A stretch of DNA of 64,000 bases from Phoronis australis (taxonomy: Eukaryota; Animalia; Phoronida), in assembly GCA_002633005.1 (NCBI GenBank), contig NMRA01000411.1, positions 1 to 64,000 of the forward strand. Direction: 5' to 3'. Position 1 is the stretch's first letter; each line of letters begins with the position of its first letter. The translations under genes were made by a program, and so were the position numbers. This document shows positions 26,780 through 40,623 of the stretch, piece by piece. A model generated the notes under the pieces. That model worked only from the letters and a program-made list of their open reading frames with translations, made no database searches and was not told where the DNA came from.

Positions 26780-27545
26780 ATTTTTAGTTGCCGCAGAATC
26801 AAGCTGACAGGGAACAGCACATAACGTGTCTCCTGTCACAGACAAGTTCAAATCTGTGAATAACTTTGCAGGAGTATCGTTCTTTGACTGGTCGTTGACC
26901 ATGAATAGAGAGACATTGAAGTATAGTCACTATCAAAATCAACGTCATCGTCATTTACAGCATGCACTGGGTTCAACTTCTATGTGCTGCAATTTTAACT
27001 TGTCTTTAGTATTACGACAGACAACTGCAAAGTGTTTCGGGCCATAAGTGTTTGCAGAAAACTCTTGGTTTTGCTGCTGGGCAGGTTTTGCGGTTATGGC
27101 ATTCAAGTGCCGCACAAAAATTACACTGTAGGTGTCATTTTTGCCCGTCGTGGGCGCAGAGGTCGTCATCGTTGGGACAATGGTACTTTTCATAATTTTT
27201 AGGACCTCGATAGGGAGGGCTAGGCGGAAGGCACTAATTTCGGCCGCATAGTTTGCCGGGTTCCACTGTTCATAACCCTCTTTTGAGAAATCTGTCCAGT
27301 CTTGCAAAGTACAAAAGTCATTGAAAAGTCCTAGCCACAACTCAACGGCCTCTGCTTTGTCGTCAGTGATTGTTAGGTCGAGTTTCGGTGGCTTTGTTTT
27401 AGCCATTTTAACATCCCACTGCTGCACCAAGTTGATTTGTATCAGACAAGCAACGTGCACTTAGCAATCAACCATATTTATTACTCATAATTATCCCGCA
27501 CCGAACACTCTGAGAGATGCTGCCACATGGCGAGCATCGCACACA
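26780..27545 (-). mobile_element. Gypsy 5' fragment (LTR-PBS-gag-protease)
   Basis: PBS TGGTGCAGCAGTGGGAT (tRNA-Leu-like) at about 27413-27429, gag MAKTKPPKLDL...WLGLFNDFC, protease motif QLDSAAT. Confidence 0.65.
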
Positions 27546-28653
27546 TTAACAGGTTCAATCCAGTATGTTTTTTTCAGGAAATGAAATAAGCTATTGTCCA
27601 CACATGTATTTTTGCCTATGAAAGGGCATCCTCACCAACGAGGCTAACTTGTGTAGCAGTCAGATATAGTTCCTCTTCATACACAAACAATCCAGTGGCA
27701 CGTTGTCTTATGGTTACTTCTTACTGCGATTCACATTTCACCAGGGCCACTGATATGTACATTGTGCCATGCAGCACTACTGGTGTGTGGAAATGCTGTG
27801 GGAAGAGAAAGGAGTAACAAAGCTTGTTAGCTTCAGTCAACTGCTTAAAACCAATTTTTGTCCATTCAGGGTCGATGTAGAAGCGATGCATATCTCCTCG
27901 ATGCACGGTACAAGCCCTCAAACCTAAAAACCAAAAGTCACGTGAAAACAGACCTGATAAGATTTTCATTTCAATGTGTTATATATTTCCTGAAGACATA
28001 GGATGGGAGTAAACAAATAGTCTAATGGACATTTGTCACGTACCCTTTGCCATGGCATTGAGCTTGGATTGTAATGTTTAACTCACTAACCAATATCGAT
28101 TTAAGTATTCAGCATTCATTGATGTAATTGTCACTGATAAACCTGTTAGAAATCATTCCAAACAATAATACTGCTTTGATGTACGAAAAGATCCCGAATG
28201 CTACGTCAAGTATCGTAACACGCATCACAACAAACTAAGATTAACCCGACTGGTGACTGCCGCGAAGTCGACATCGTCGAGTATCGCAGTTAACAGGCAT
28301 CTGTAGAATAAACATGGAATAATCACAAACCTTACCTTTGTATAAGGTCGTGCTTACATTTTCCTTATAGAAGCACCCTTTTCACGCAATCTCAGATTCA
28401 GTTGGCACGCCTACAAGCCATTTCACCATGTATTTAAAAATTTAGAAATCGAGGCTGTTAATCTAGCACCACTAGTACACGCGTGCCCTCTAGTTAATGT
28501 AAATTTTCCGAATAGCCCCATTATAGTGTTAAGTCCACTGACAGGTGATCTATTAGCAATCTTACCGTCTATGTAAGCTTGAACATGTTTGCTTGCCTCA
28601 GCTCCTTCGTTTTCCACGTCTTGTACTTTGTCCGATTGTGTTTCCTCATACAG

Positions 28654-31600
28654 TGTCACGTTTGTTACCACATTTTACGTAGATATAAACAACGTGGTTT
28701 CTTTCTTAGACTGTATTCTCAGGAACTACTACCTACGGTGACATCTATCGGGCAACATACATTACACCACTCCATCTTAACTAAAATGTCCATGCAACAA
28801 ATAACGAAGTATCAATAAACCATGTCTAAATCAAGATCAAGTGTTAAGTCTTATTACTACACAACCAGTCTCTACAAGTCCAGTCTCTGTGGCTGCTTAC
28901 GAATCCGCGTAGAACGTCTCACAGGTTGATCAGACGGTGCTGGAGATCTAATTGGTACGTTGTCGGACACTACGGGTTCCGTTTCGGGCACAGTGTCACT
29001 TGGCACACCGACAGACGGTACAGATATATCAGGTGGAGAAACGACAGGCGGATCCGCAAAAAAATGAGCAGAACGCATTTGATCGGCATGTCTCCGCCAA
29101 AGCACATTAGGCGCAGTCTCCACTCTATACGAAACTAGTCCTGTCTGCTCTTTAACTACTCCAGGAACCCAATGTTCCCCAGAGCGATACGCACGGACAG
29201 CAACCCGATCACCGACAGTAAAGTCGCGTTCCTTAGTTGGCTTAGAGTCACACATGCGTTTCTGAGCACGTTCAACAGTCGCACTTAAATTCGGCTTCAC
29301 TAAATCGAGTCGTGTTTGAGCCTGTCTTCCCAACAACAGTTTTGAGGGTGTTTGTCCCGTTGTTGCGTGGGGCGTATTCCGCTAGGCTAACAGAAAATTG
29401 TACAGTTTCTTTAACATCGAACCACTATCACGCTTGGATGCTTTCATAGCCGACTTAAACGTGTTGACGAATCTCTCAGCCAGACCATTCGTCTTGGGGT
29501 GGTATAGCGCAGATCGAATCAGACGGATTCCATTGCGAGCTAGGAAATCCTCGTACTCCCGCGAAACAAACTGTGGTCCATTATCGCTAACAATTTGTTC
29601 CGGCAAACCGAACCTTGCAAAGATTTGGCGTAACACATCGATTGTCTTCTCCGCGGTAGTAGATTGCATGGGCACAACCTCGGGCCATTTTGAATGGGCG
29701 TCAACGAGTATGAGAAACATACTACCCATGACCATTGTGGTCTTGCTGGTATGGAAAATCCGCTGCTGAAGACTGAGAACTGTGAGTGGATGTGATGGCG
29801 TCACAGGCAGACGTGTCATCACATTGGGTGTCAGTTGAGGAACGGTCGTAGGAATTATCGGACTCATTCCGCTCGGGAAGACACGGTACACTGAAATCAT
29901 GTGGTATGCGCGGCGGCAAAAGCGGGTTCTTGTCGCCTTCGGGGGAAGTGGTGTCTGCCGGCTGAACGCAATCCTCGCTGTCTGAGGCAATAACGTCTTC
30001 GTCGGGAGAATATGAAGAACAGGCGGGGTACGTAGTACATGGTAATTTGAAACAATCCGTTTTGCGGACACGATAGGATGACTTCCGAAGCTGTGATCCC
30101 GCGAATTTTTGAATGTTGCATCAATCACCTTCAATAGAAACCACTAAATACCTGTGACGGCCTTGTAACTTGGATGCGTTGGTTCGTAGGTAAATGATGT
30201 CGCCTACGTCGACGTGAACGGTAGGAGCTCTGAGTTCAGATGGTGTTTTCGACTGCTCACTGTGCGGGTGGTTTTCCGTGTGTAGCTCATGTTGGCGTGA
30301 TATTAGAGAATCGTCCGTGGGTGTCAAAGTCATGTTGGTGAATTGGTCGCGTGAAGACCACATTTCGCGTGCTGAGAGGCCTCGATTCCGAAGTCGGGTG
30401 TTAAGTTGAGCGACGGCCAAGGATAGTGAGAGTGGCGTAACGGCGCCACGTGAGAGGTCTTGTTTACAAGTTCACCTTCCAAATCCTGAATGGCACGTTC
30501 CTCGACAGGATTTTTGTTCACGTTTTTGGCTCAACCAACTTCCACTGATATGCGGTGGCGGTTCAAGAGCTCGTCACGTTGGAGGGCTGCAAAGCCGGGT
30601 GCGCCGTCGGTACGAATGACTGAATTGGGTCCATCCAGCGGGCGAAAGTCTACACATAGGGTGAGTAGGCTGTCACGAAGGGTGGTGTGGCGATCATCTG
30701 AGATCAACATAGCGGTGGTATACGAAGTCACGTCTGTCCAAGAGATCGTTTTGGTCGAATCTCGACCAGCCATGTCATCTAAAGGCGCCAACACGGATGA
30801 ACAATTTCGAATGACGCGAGCTAACACTTTGTATGTGCCAACAAATGAACGTAAGCCGGACACGCGGGCTGGAGGCGGGCAGCTGGACAGTATGGCTATG
30901 CGATGTAGACTCGCACGGATGGAACCCGACTCCCAGATCCAACCGAGAATGGTCGTACGTCGAGGCGCTACGATAGTTTTGGGTTAGGACAAGCAAAGGT
31001 CACACTTTTTCAAAGCGTAAAGCACTCATTTCTACGACTGGAGTAGTTCTTCCGGTGAATTGTCGCCAATATATATGTCGTCAGCTAGCTTAGCCACAAT
31101 GCCTTCCTGTACAAGATCGCCGAGGACTCTGCAAGTCAGCTCCTCAAGGGCCGTTTCCGACCCGGGTATGCCCAGGGACGATCTTACATATACTCGGTGC
31201 CGCAGTATTTCATAGAGTCTTTCGACAAGGGAATTTGGTGAAAAGCCTTGGTGAGGTCAGTAGCAATAACGAACTGCCATTGTGCTATTTTGCGTAGGGT
31301 GGAATCGATGTCTGTCATGAGAGATGGCTGTAGCTTGCTATACCGTGCGACGTCGGCAAAGGCTGTAACGAGGCGAAATCCCCCATTTGGTTTCTTGACC
31401 AAGAATGAAGGGCTCACATACTCTACGGACACTCCGACATCTTCGGGGCGTTTGAACTCTCCCATAGATTCTATATCGTCGAACTGTTCTTGTAGTTCCT
31501 GGAGCTGGCGCGTTGAGTACTGTGGGATGCGCCCTTTGCGTTGTGGAGGAAGGACAGGGCCCATATTAACTTTGGCCTCAAAATTGTCAACGGCGCCATT

Positions 31601-33960
31601 ATAACTTTTGAACAAGGGGTTGAAGACCTCGTCGTACTGCAAGTGCATCTGTTGAAATTTGTCTCTTATCGCGCTAGAGAGGACCTGGTATGGATCCAGT
31701 TGGATATTGTTGGAAAAGGGGGTCCGCTGAGGAGTGTTGGGCTGGGTGGCTGATGCCACGCTCAGGTAGCAAGGTCGTCCCGATCGACGTTTGACGTACT
31801 TGGCATATGTGCTCATTACGGCGTAATGTTACTGAGTCGGCGGTTAAATTTGTGATGCGCAAACATCCTGCGACATCTGACACTAGTCCGGGTGGCGGCG
31901 TGGCATGGTGTGGTGTTATGGGGCTCGATGGCGTACACACCATTGTCGGTGGCGATTTCCTTGGGTAACGGTAGTTCGACGTAATCGCCTGGCCATAACG
32001 TAGTGGTCTTAGAAGGTGCTCGTAGGACGTGTGCATGACGAAACGCATGGTGACTGGTCGGAGTATGAGACTGGCCGTACGTGTACATAGGCGTTTCCTG
32101 GATGACAATCTGCTGTTTCTTAGGTCTAACGGCAACATCGTTGTGTTCCATAAACAGAATGCCAGCGAGTATTTCTGTGTCTTAACGTCTCAACTACTAA
32201 GCCTTCGAAGTAAAGTGTAAGGCCATCGCGTGTGAATCTGAGACGGGTCTCACTGATGATATTGAGCATCGAGACACCGTCGGCCTGGTGTGCGTAATGT
32301 GGTGACTTGTGTATAGTGGCGCAGAGGGATACTGCAGTGGAAGCGCGAATCATATTTCGCATTGCACCACTGTCAACAGTCAGACGTGCGGGATGGTAGC
32401 CACAGAATGCATCGAGGTAAGGTGACATGCCGATTTTGACCCTCGATATCGATTGGTACTCGGGGGAGTTGTCGTCGAATAGAGTGGCCGATGTGGGTGG
32501 GGGTTCACAGGTGTCAATCTCGTCGGTAGTGTTGTCACTGTCTTCACACGCCAAACCAATGATGCGTCGTGCTTTGGCCATATATGGCCGTTCGCTAGGC
32601 AGGAGGAATGGGCATCCGCTGAGGAAATGGTCGTGTGAACGCTTAGATTCTCGGCATAGTGGACATACTTTGGTACGGTTACCACGCAGAGTCGATCTGG
32701 TGGGGTTTTGACTTCGAATTTGTCTACTGATGCTCTCATGGCTCGCGTGTCATCAGTAGAATGAATCTCTTCCAGTAGGGAATCTAGGGCCTGTGATACC
32801 TCTGGCTTGATGCTCGCTAGAGTACGCAAACGGAGTTCAGTTCCATAGCGCTGATTAACAAGTTGAGGTAATACTGGGTGTAAGAGTTGTAGACATGTTA
32901 AAACGACGAAAGTTTCTAGGGAGGGGGTCAACTCTTCGTCTTCCGTTACTGCCTCTCTGTGGTGGGTAATGCCGGTATCCTGGCGCAAAAGGTTGTCCTC
33001 GATGAACGCCATAAGGCGTTGGTAGAGATCTTCAGGGCATTCCGTGGGGTCGTACTTGTTGCCAGCCACATCGATAAAATGAACCCTGGATGTCTGGAAC
33101 CCAAAGTGTAGGCGAATGGACTGCCAGATGCTGTGTAATGACGTAGAATTTTTGACGATTGTGTTTCGTGATATGATCGGACAATAGTTTGCAATCTGCC
33201 CAAACATTAGTTCAAGGAGTTTGTTTTTCTGGGCAGCGGTTTTACGTTTGTCCTCGACAACAGTTTCGGGATTGTTTTCGAAGCCGCGTAGGGGAGAGGC
33301 CTTTGTTTAAGCCATGAACAATCGTCCGACAGGAAAGGAGCAAAATTGGCATCCAGTGTGAGTGTGTACACTAAGTTTTGCTTCCAACTCTCGCATGAGG
33401 TTACCGTTTCGATTTTGGTTAGGCACCATTGCTTCGGTGCGCGAGTCGCCATCTTGGATTTGGATCGGATTGTCACAGAATGTCGGTTGTCACTGCAGCG
33501 TACTTAAACGCCGTGTGGAACAGTTAGGGGTTGTTAGTGATACTCGCGCCAGTAAAATGAGAGTAAATGTGTGAACTCAAAATACTTGTGTTTATTTATT
33601 GCAAATGGCGAAACCGGAAGGACTAACAAAAATAGTCAAACGAATAACTCGCGTAAAGTAATAAACGGGAAACCAATAGTGGCGTCGGGACACTGGGTTT
33701 TCGAAATCCAAAATGCTGCCTCCACGCCACTAAGGTTAGACTGAACCACAACAAGTTTGTTTAGACAATACTGTGACTTCACAGGAGTAACAACGAGAGC
33801 GAAAGAGCAACACAAGCGCACTATCTATTGGTGAACACGAATACTATACTAACTGGCGTTCTCTAATACAGCCATTAAAAATACATATTTTTTGATGCTG
33901 GCAAATCCGGTGCAGTCAAATCCCGTAATAACCCGTATGTGCGTCCGCCAATGCAACTCA
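28654..33960 (-). mobile_element. Gypsy element (K02A2.6-like), split by a second Gypsy
   Basis: 3' LTR about 28654-28766 with adjacent PPT; integrase LVDAHSKWPEV..RFGLPEQIVSDNGPQF..NGLAERFV and the end RRSTRIRKQPQRLDL (28872-29735); gag scrap LSCIGGRTYGLLRDLTAP at about 33895-33960. Confidence 0.75.
29740..33854 (-). mobile_element. Second Gypsy element, frameshifted gag-pol with 5' LTR
   Basis: Gag [27 protein letters not shown], protease LTVDSGA, RT ([32 protein letters not shown]), integrase end NPVEERAIQDLE; LTR about 33551-33854 with PBS TGGCGCGAGT. Confidence 0.8.
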
Positions 33961-34356
33961 ACTGATTTATGTCGGCGACTTCACTCTCCTCCAATATCAA
34001 GTTAGACGACTGTCTCCTTTTCTTGGTGAAAGCCACCTTGGCCTTTGACTTATCTGACTTTAGCGCATTTATCTGTTGCATTTTCTCCGTTTTTGCGTTC
34101 TCACTTTTCTCCATCCTAATTACTCCAAATAACCTTGCTCTGCTACCAGAAATTGTGCCGATGGTGCACAACTAAATTCTTATTTTTAAAAACGGTTTAC
34201 GTTGTAACAAAACAAAATGATAGCAACGCCCTTCTTTCACTATAACGATATCGACTATATTCAGCTAACTATCACACGTGACAGGTGAGCATGCGCAGTA
34301 GTAAAAACACTCAGAAACAGTGGAACATGTGCAAAATGTCAAAACACTCATGAACA

Positions 34357-34592
34357 GGGAAACTGTCCGCCATCCGTTAGGAATCTTAGATCCTGATGGA
34401 GTATGATGCAAAGCCAGGAAGAGGCTGCAGAGGTGTATGTATTGAGTACGAGGCCATAATTTTATGTTGCATATTGACTCCTTAGATAAACTGTAGTATT
34501 TTGGAATCCATGGCTGCATAGATGAGTTTTCCAGAAATGTATTGTGGTTGGAAGCCAACACTACAAGCAGTGATCCAAAGTTATCGCTGTCT
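34357..34592 (+). pseudogene. IS3EU transposase continuation (integrase core)
   Basis: ETVRH.LGILDPDGV..KARKRLQR..Y..G.NF..HIDS.DKL..FGIHGCIDGFSRKVLWLEANTTSSDPKVIA (cleaner copy at 38154-38390). Joins 22957 to restore I-D-R-E-T-V-R across the BEL TSD. Confidence 0.8.
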
Positions 34593-34599
34593 TGCTCTT

Positions 34600-35910
34600 G
34601 CCCTTTTCTTTTAGTTGTTTGAAGATAAACTCTCAAAAGAGGCATTTTTGTTTCTTCATACAGTTGGCATTCCATATGATACCTGCCAGAAAAGAAAGAT
34701 TCCTGTTATCACACATTTCAAAATCAAAATCGTCTATCTTTCCTTTTGACGATACTCTGTCGTGAAAGAAGAGGTCTTTGGATACCTTGAACAATTGTGT
34801 TACCGTAACTGGTCTCACGTCTCCACCTTGGGGCTTTCAGACTTGCCTGTAAATGCCACAACTGTCAGTGAAGTCAATCCACCCAATTTTAATTTTTCAC
34901 ATTTCTTTCTTGGCATTTGTGTTGCCTTTAAGCTTAAGTGACCTTCGATCTCAGCAACTAGTCAACAATTGCTCTTAATCATTGTCATGGTTTTCCTCGT
35001 GTGTAGGTGGGCACAGTTGTTACAGAACGGTGCTAATAGCTTTCGTTGCGACGATAGACTGAACACAGGTTCGAGTTAATCCTTTTTATCACACTCGACC
35101 ATACGTTCACAAGCCTACTCAAACAAAATGTCTGACGTAATGTCTGTTTTATGCTCCAGCCAGTGGTGCGAAGCCTTGACTTGTGATGAACTTCTGAGAC
35201 ACACTCAGCAACTGTTACACTCACTGATTCAAATAACCTGCTGTCTTTATATCTGGCTCTCTATTGACTCGCTGTAACTTCTGATTCTCTTCACTGCAAC
35301 TCTTTAACTGCTTAACTCTCCAGTAATTAACTGATGTTCAAGTTTTATCTAACTGTCATCTGATTAACTGACTAATGCAAACCCGTGCTTGTGTATTTAT
35401 AGAATGATGCAATGTTCTGGAACTTTTCACTAATTCAAGCACATGCCAGAACTTTCCGGAATCTACCCAATCATTCTTCAACCATATACTAGTCTCTAGA
35501 GTATTCCAGACTGCATTGAACACTCTCATGCTAGAGTCTTCTAGAAAGTTCCACACTATACTGTAGTAAACAAATTACATTATCACTGTGCTGACCTCAA
35601 GGATCATGCCAATCAATAATACAAACAGAACAATAAAACAAAATAAACCTAAGAACAGTGTCAGGACCATGCTGGATATTAGCCTTTGGCTAAAGTATGT
35701 CTTACATTTATTGTATTTTTATCCTCTTTAAATAAAGTTTATTATTATAATTCTGACAATCATCTGAGTCTGATTTTGCATCTCTTCGCCTCTTGCTTTG
35801 CAACTTTTTGCAAATTTTGTTTAAGGTTGTGTTTTTCCTTTATGGTGAAGGTTGATTTGATGAGCTTGGTTTTTGGCAAAAGCTTCTGACTTTGAGTCTG
35901 TCACCGACTG
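34600..35910 (-). pseudogene. Second (accessory) gene of the IS3EU element, fragmented
   Basis: Pieces VGDRLKVRSFC (about 35880-35910) and LKGNTNAKK..KIKIGW...QV..GDVRPV...DLFF...SKGKIDDFDF...LYEETK..LRVYLQT (34600-34945), convergent with the transposase. Confidence 0.55.
34983..35668. mobile_element. Probable solo LTR
   Basis: Begins TGTCATGG, is non-coding and interrupts the accessory gene; the right end and TSD are not clean. Confidence 0.35.
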
Positions 35911-35939
35911 TAAAATACACAAGGGATTTCTAGCAGAAA

Positions 35940-36055
35940 AACAGATGTAGGCTTGATCTTACCTCCTCTGGTAAAGAGTTCCATGAATTAGAGCCATAGG
36001 CTCTGAAAGATCGCAGACCATAACGAGTGGTTCTGCACTGGGGAATGTTTGTCCT
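35940..36055 (-). mobile_element. CR1/L2-type LINE 3' fragment
   Basis: Minus-strand translation IPQCRTTRYGLRSFRAYGSNSWNSLPEEVRS, typical of the end of LINE ORF2. Confidence 0.65.
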
Positions 36056-36848
36056 GTTGGATGATTTTGACAGTGAGCTTATTACACCTCGTTCCTGCAC
36101 GACCCATTTGCTCCTCAGTCATTCACGGTTATGGTGGACAATAAAAAGTTATGATTGTAACAGAATCGTGTCGGGTGAACAAAATGAATGAAAAGAGCAG
36201 AATTTATCAGTACTATGTTTAGTACATGATTAATACCGCGTATATTTTCTACTGTATAAATTATTCCCATAACTGCTGCAGAAACAACCGACATTTTGTA
36301 TTGAAGAAGTAGATGCTAATTTCACAGTGAATGCCTCCTTAGCGCAACAAATCACATTGGTAGTAAAGACATAAAACATGATTCCCTGTCCAAATGTTAT
36401 GGTTAATAAAGGTAAATTACATATAACTACCTCCCAATGCAACTACCAGACATGAGTATGGTCCTGGAAATCCAGTTGCCTGGAGACTCGTACGCTTTAG
36501 CTCTATCCAGGTAGACTCACAAAACAATGAACACGACAACAAGTAACGGCAGCGTGTGGTCGTACATAGTGTTCGATAGCAGTAATAGGCCTAAAAATAA
36601 TATGTGATTAGGTAGGAACTTAAAAACATCAATTTCACACTTTCTTTATAAACATGTCCACCGATGAATTCGTTTTGTGCAATACGGTGCTGCAGTTGTG
36701 CTTAAACTTGTGGAACACGTGTGTCCATGTTGCAACAATCTATTGTAGAGTCATAGTAATAATAGATTGTCAATCCAATCCATATTAACAGATTGGCAAT
36801 CCGTTATAACAGATTGGCAATCCGTATTAATGGATTGGCAATCCGTAN

Positions 36849-39800
36849 CAACCCGGGTATGCCCATGGACGATCTTACATATACTCGGTGCCGCAGTATT
36901 TCATAGAGTCTTTAGTCAGTAGCGATAACGAACTGCCATTGTGCTATTTTGCGTAGGGTGGAATCGACGTCTGGCATGAGAGATGGCTGTGGCTTGCTAT
37001 ACCGTGCGACGTCGGCAAACGCTGTAACGAGGCGAAATCCCCCATTTGGTTTCTTGACCAAGAATGAAGGGCTCACGTACTCTACGAACACTCCGACATC
37101 TTCGGGGCATTTGAACTCTCTCATAGATTCTATATCGTCGAACTGTTCTTGTACTTCCTGGAGCTGGCGCGTTGAGTACTGTGGGATGCACCCTTTGCGT
37201 TGTGGAGAAAGGACGGCCCATATTAACTTTGGCCTCAAAATTGTCAACGGCGCCATTATAACTTTTGAACGAGGGGTTGAAGACCTCGTCGTACTGCAAG
37301 TGCATCTGTTGAAATTTGTCTCTTATCACGCTAGGGAGGACCTGGTATGGATCCAGTTGGATATTGTTGGAAAAGGGAGTCCGCTGAGGAGTGTTGCGCT
37401 GTTGGGTTGGGTGGCTGATGCCACGCTCAGGTAGCAAGGTCGTCCGGATCGACGTTTGAGGTACTCGCGAAATCGAGGCTGTTAATCTATCACCACTAGT
37501 ACACGCGCGCCCTCTAGTTAATGTAAATTTTCTGAATAGCCCCATTATAGTGTTTAGTCCACTGACAGGTGATCTATTAGCAATCTTACCGTCTATGTAA
37601 GCTTGAACGTGCTTGCTTGCCTCAGCTCCTTCGTTTTCCACTTGTACTATGTCCGATTGTGTTTCCTCATACAGCTATTTGTCCGTTTCGAAATAAAGTC
37701 CTGCTAATTCACTGCACACTTGTTGCACTTCGAAATTCAATTGCTCTACTAACTCGCACAACTGATTTATGTCGGCGACTTCACTCTCCTCCAATATCAA
37801 GTTAGACGACTGTCTCCTTTTCTTGGTGAAAGCCACCTTGGCCTTTGACTTATCTGACTTTAGCGCATTTATCTGTTGCATTTTCTCTGTTTTTGCGTTC
37901 TCACTTTTCTCCATCCTAATTACTCCAAATAACCTTGCTCTGCTACCAGAAATTGTGCCGTTGGTGCACAACTAAATTCTTATTTTTAAAAACGGTTTAC
38001 GTTGTAACAAAACAAAATGATAACAACGCCCTTCTTTCACTATAACGATATCGACTATATTCAGCTAACTATCACGTGACAGGTGAGCATGCGCAGTAGT
38101 AAAAACACTCAGAAACAGTGGAACATGTGCAAAACGTCAAAACACTCATGAACAGGGAAACTGTCCGCCATCCGTTAGGAATCTTAGATCCTGATGGAGT
38201 ATGATGCAAAGCCAGGAAGAGGCTGCAGAGGTGTATGTGTTGAGTAAGAGGCCATAATTTTATGTTGCATATTGACTCCTTAGATAAACTGGAGTATTTT
38301 GGAATCCATGGCTGCATAGATGGGTTTTCCAGAAAGGTATTGTGGTTGGAAGCCAACACTACAAGCAGTGATCCAAAAGTTATCGCTGTCTTGCTCTTGC
38401 CCTCTTCTTTTAGTTGTTTGAAGATAAACTCTCAAGAGGCATTTTTGTTTCTTCATACAGTTGGCATACCATATGATACCTGCCAGAAAAGAAAGATTCC
38501 TGTTATCACACATTTCAAAATCAAAATCGTTTATCTTTCCTTTTGACGATACTCTGTCGTGAAAGAAGAGGTCTTTGGATACCTTGAACAATTCTGTTAC
38601 CGTAACTGGTCTCACGTCTCCACCTTGGGGCTTTCAGACTTGCCTGTAAATGCCACAACTGTCAGTGAAGTCAATCCACCCAATTTTAATTTTTCACATT
38701 TCTTTCTTGGCATTTGTGTTGCCTTTAAGCTTAAGTGACCTTCGATCTCAGCAACTAGTCAACAATTGCTCTTAATCATTGTCATGGTTTTCCTCGTGTG
38801 TAGGTGGGCACAGTTGTTACAGAACGGTGCTAATAGCTTTCGTTGCGACGATAGACTGAACACAGGTTCGAGTTAATCCTTTTTATCACACTCGACCATA
38901 CGTTCACAAGCCTACTCAAACAAAATGTCTGACGTAATGTCTGTTTTATGCTCCAGCCAGTGGTGCGAAGCCTTGACTTGTGATGAACTTCTGAGACACA
39001 CTCAGCAACTGTTACACTCACTGATTCAAATAACCTGCTGTCTTTATATCTGGCTCTCTATTGACTCGCTGTAACTTCTGATTCTCTTCACTGCAACTCT
39101 TTAACTGCTTAACTCTCCAGTAATTAACTGATGTTCAAGTTTTATCTAACTGTCATCTGATTAACTGACTAATGCAAACCCGTGCTTGTGTATTTATAGA
39201 ATGATGCAATGTTCTGGAACTTTTCACTAATTCAAGCACATGCCAGAACTTTCCGGAATCTACCCAATCATTCTTCAACCATATACTAGTCTCTAGAGTA
39301 TTCCAGACTGCATTGAACACTCTCATGCTAGAGTCTTCTAGAAAGTTCCACACTATACTGTAGTAAACAAATTACATTATCACTGTGCTGACCTCAAGGA
39401 TCATGCCAATCAATAATACAAACAGAACAATAAAACAAAATAAACCTAAGAACAGTGTCAGGACCATGCTGGATATTAGCCTTTGGCTAAAGTATGTCTT
39501 ACATTTATTGTATTTTTATCCTCTTTAAATAAAGTTTATTATTATAATTCTGACAATCATCTGAGTCTGATTTTGCATCTCTTCGCCTCTTGCTTTGCAA
39601 CTTTTTGCAAATTTTGTTTAAGGTTGTGTTTTTCCTTTATGGTGAAGGTTGATTTGATGAGCTTGGTTTTTGGCAAAAGCTTCTGACTTTGAGTCTGTCA
39701 CCGACTGTAAAATACACAAGGGATTTCTAGCAGAAAAACAGATGTAGGCTTGATCTTACCTCCTCTGGTAAAGAGTTCCATGAATTAGAGCCATAGGCTC

Positions 39801-40623
39801 TGAAAGATCGCAGACCATAACGAGTGGTTCTGCACTGGGGAATGTTTGTCCTGTTGGATGATTTTGACAGTGAGCTTATTACACCTCGTTCCTGCACGAC
39901 CCATTTGCTCCTCAGTCATTCACGGTTATGGTGGACAATAAAAAGTTATGATTGTAACAGAATCGTGTCGGGTGAACAAAATGAATGAAAAGAGCAGAAT
40001 TTATCAGTACTATGTTTAGTACATGATTAATACCGCGTATATTTTCTACTGTATAAATTATTCCCATAACTGCTGCAGAAACAACCGACATTTTGTATTG
40101 AAGAAGTAGATGCTAATTTCACAGTGAATGCCTCCTTAGCGCAACAAATCACATTGGTAGTAAAGACATAAAACATGATTCCCTGTCCAAATGTTATGGT
40201 TAATAAAGGTAAATTACATATAACTACCTCCCAATGCAACTACCAGACATGAGTATGGTCCTGGAAATCCAGTTGCCTGGAGACTCGTACGCTTTAGCTC
40301 TATCCAGGTAGACTCACAAAACAATGAACACGACAACAAGTAACGGCAGCGTGTGGTCGTACATAGTGTTCGATAGCAGTAATAGGCCTAAAAATAATAT
40401 GTGATTAGGTAGGAACTTAAAAACATCAATTTCACACTTTCTTTATAAACATGTCCACCGATGAATTCGTTTTGTGCAATACGGTGCTGCAGTTGTGCTT
40501 AAACTTGTGGAACACGTGTGTCCATGTTGCAACAATCTATTGTAGAGTCATAGTAATAATAGATTGTCAATCCAATCCATATTAACAGATTGGCAATCCG
40601 TAATAACAGATTGGCAATCCGTA
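36849..40623. repeat. Gap-adjacent duplication, probably an alternative haplotype
   Basis: After the N at 36848: 36851-37460 matches 31160-31800, 37468-37674 matches 28445-28653, and 37761-40623 matches 33961-36847 (identical ORF translations at offset 3797). Confidence 0.85.

Larger units (their letters stand above)
22963..34356 (-). mobile_element. BEL/Pao LTR retrotransposon, degenerate, with nested insertions
   Basis: LTRs 22963-23161 and 34154-34356; 5-bp TSD GGAAA/GGGAA; PBS TGGTAGCAGAGC (tRNA-iMet-like) at about 34131-34148; PPT at about 23162-23175. Gag pieces at 33960-34115, 28445-28653 and 25900-26750 (DUF1759-like region, Zn knuckles); integrase and DUF5641-like end at 23316-24631. 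Confidence 0.85.
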
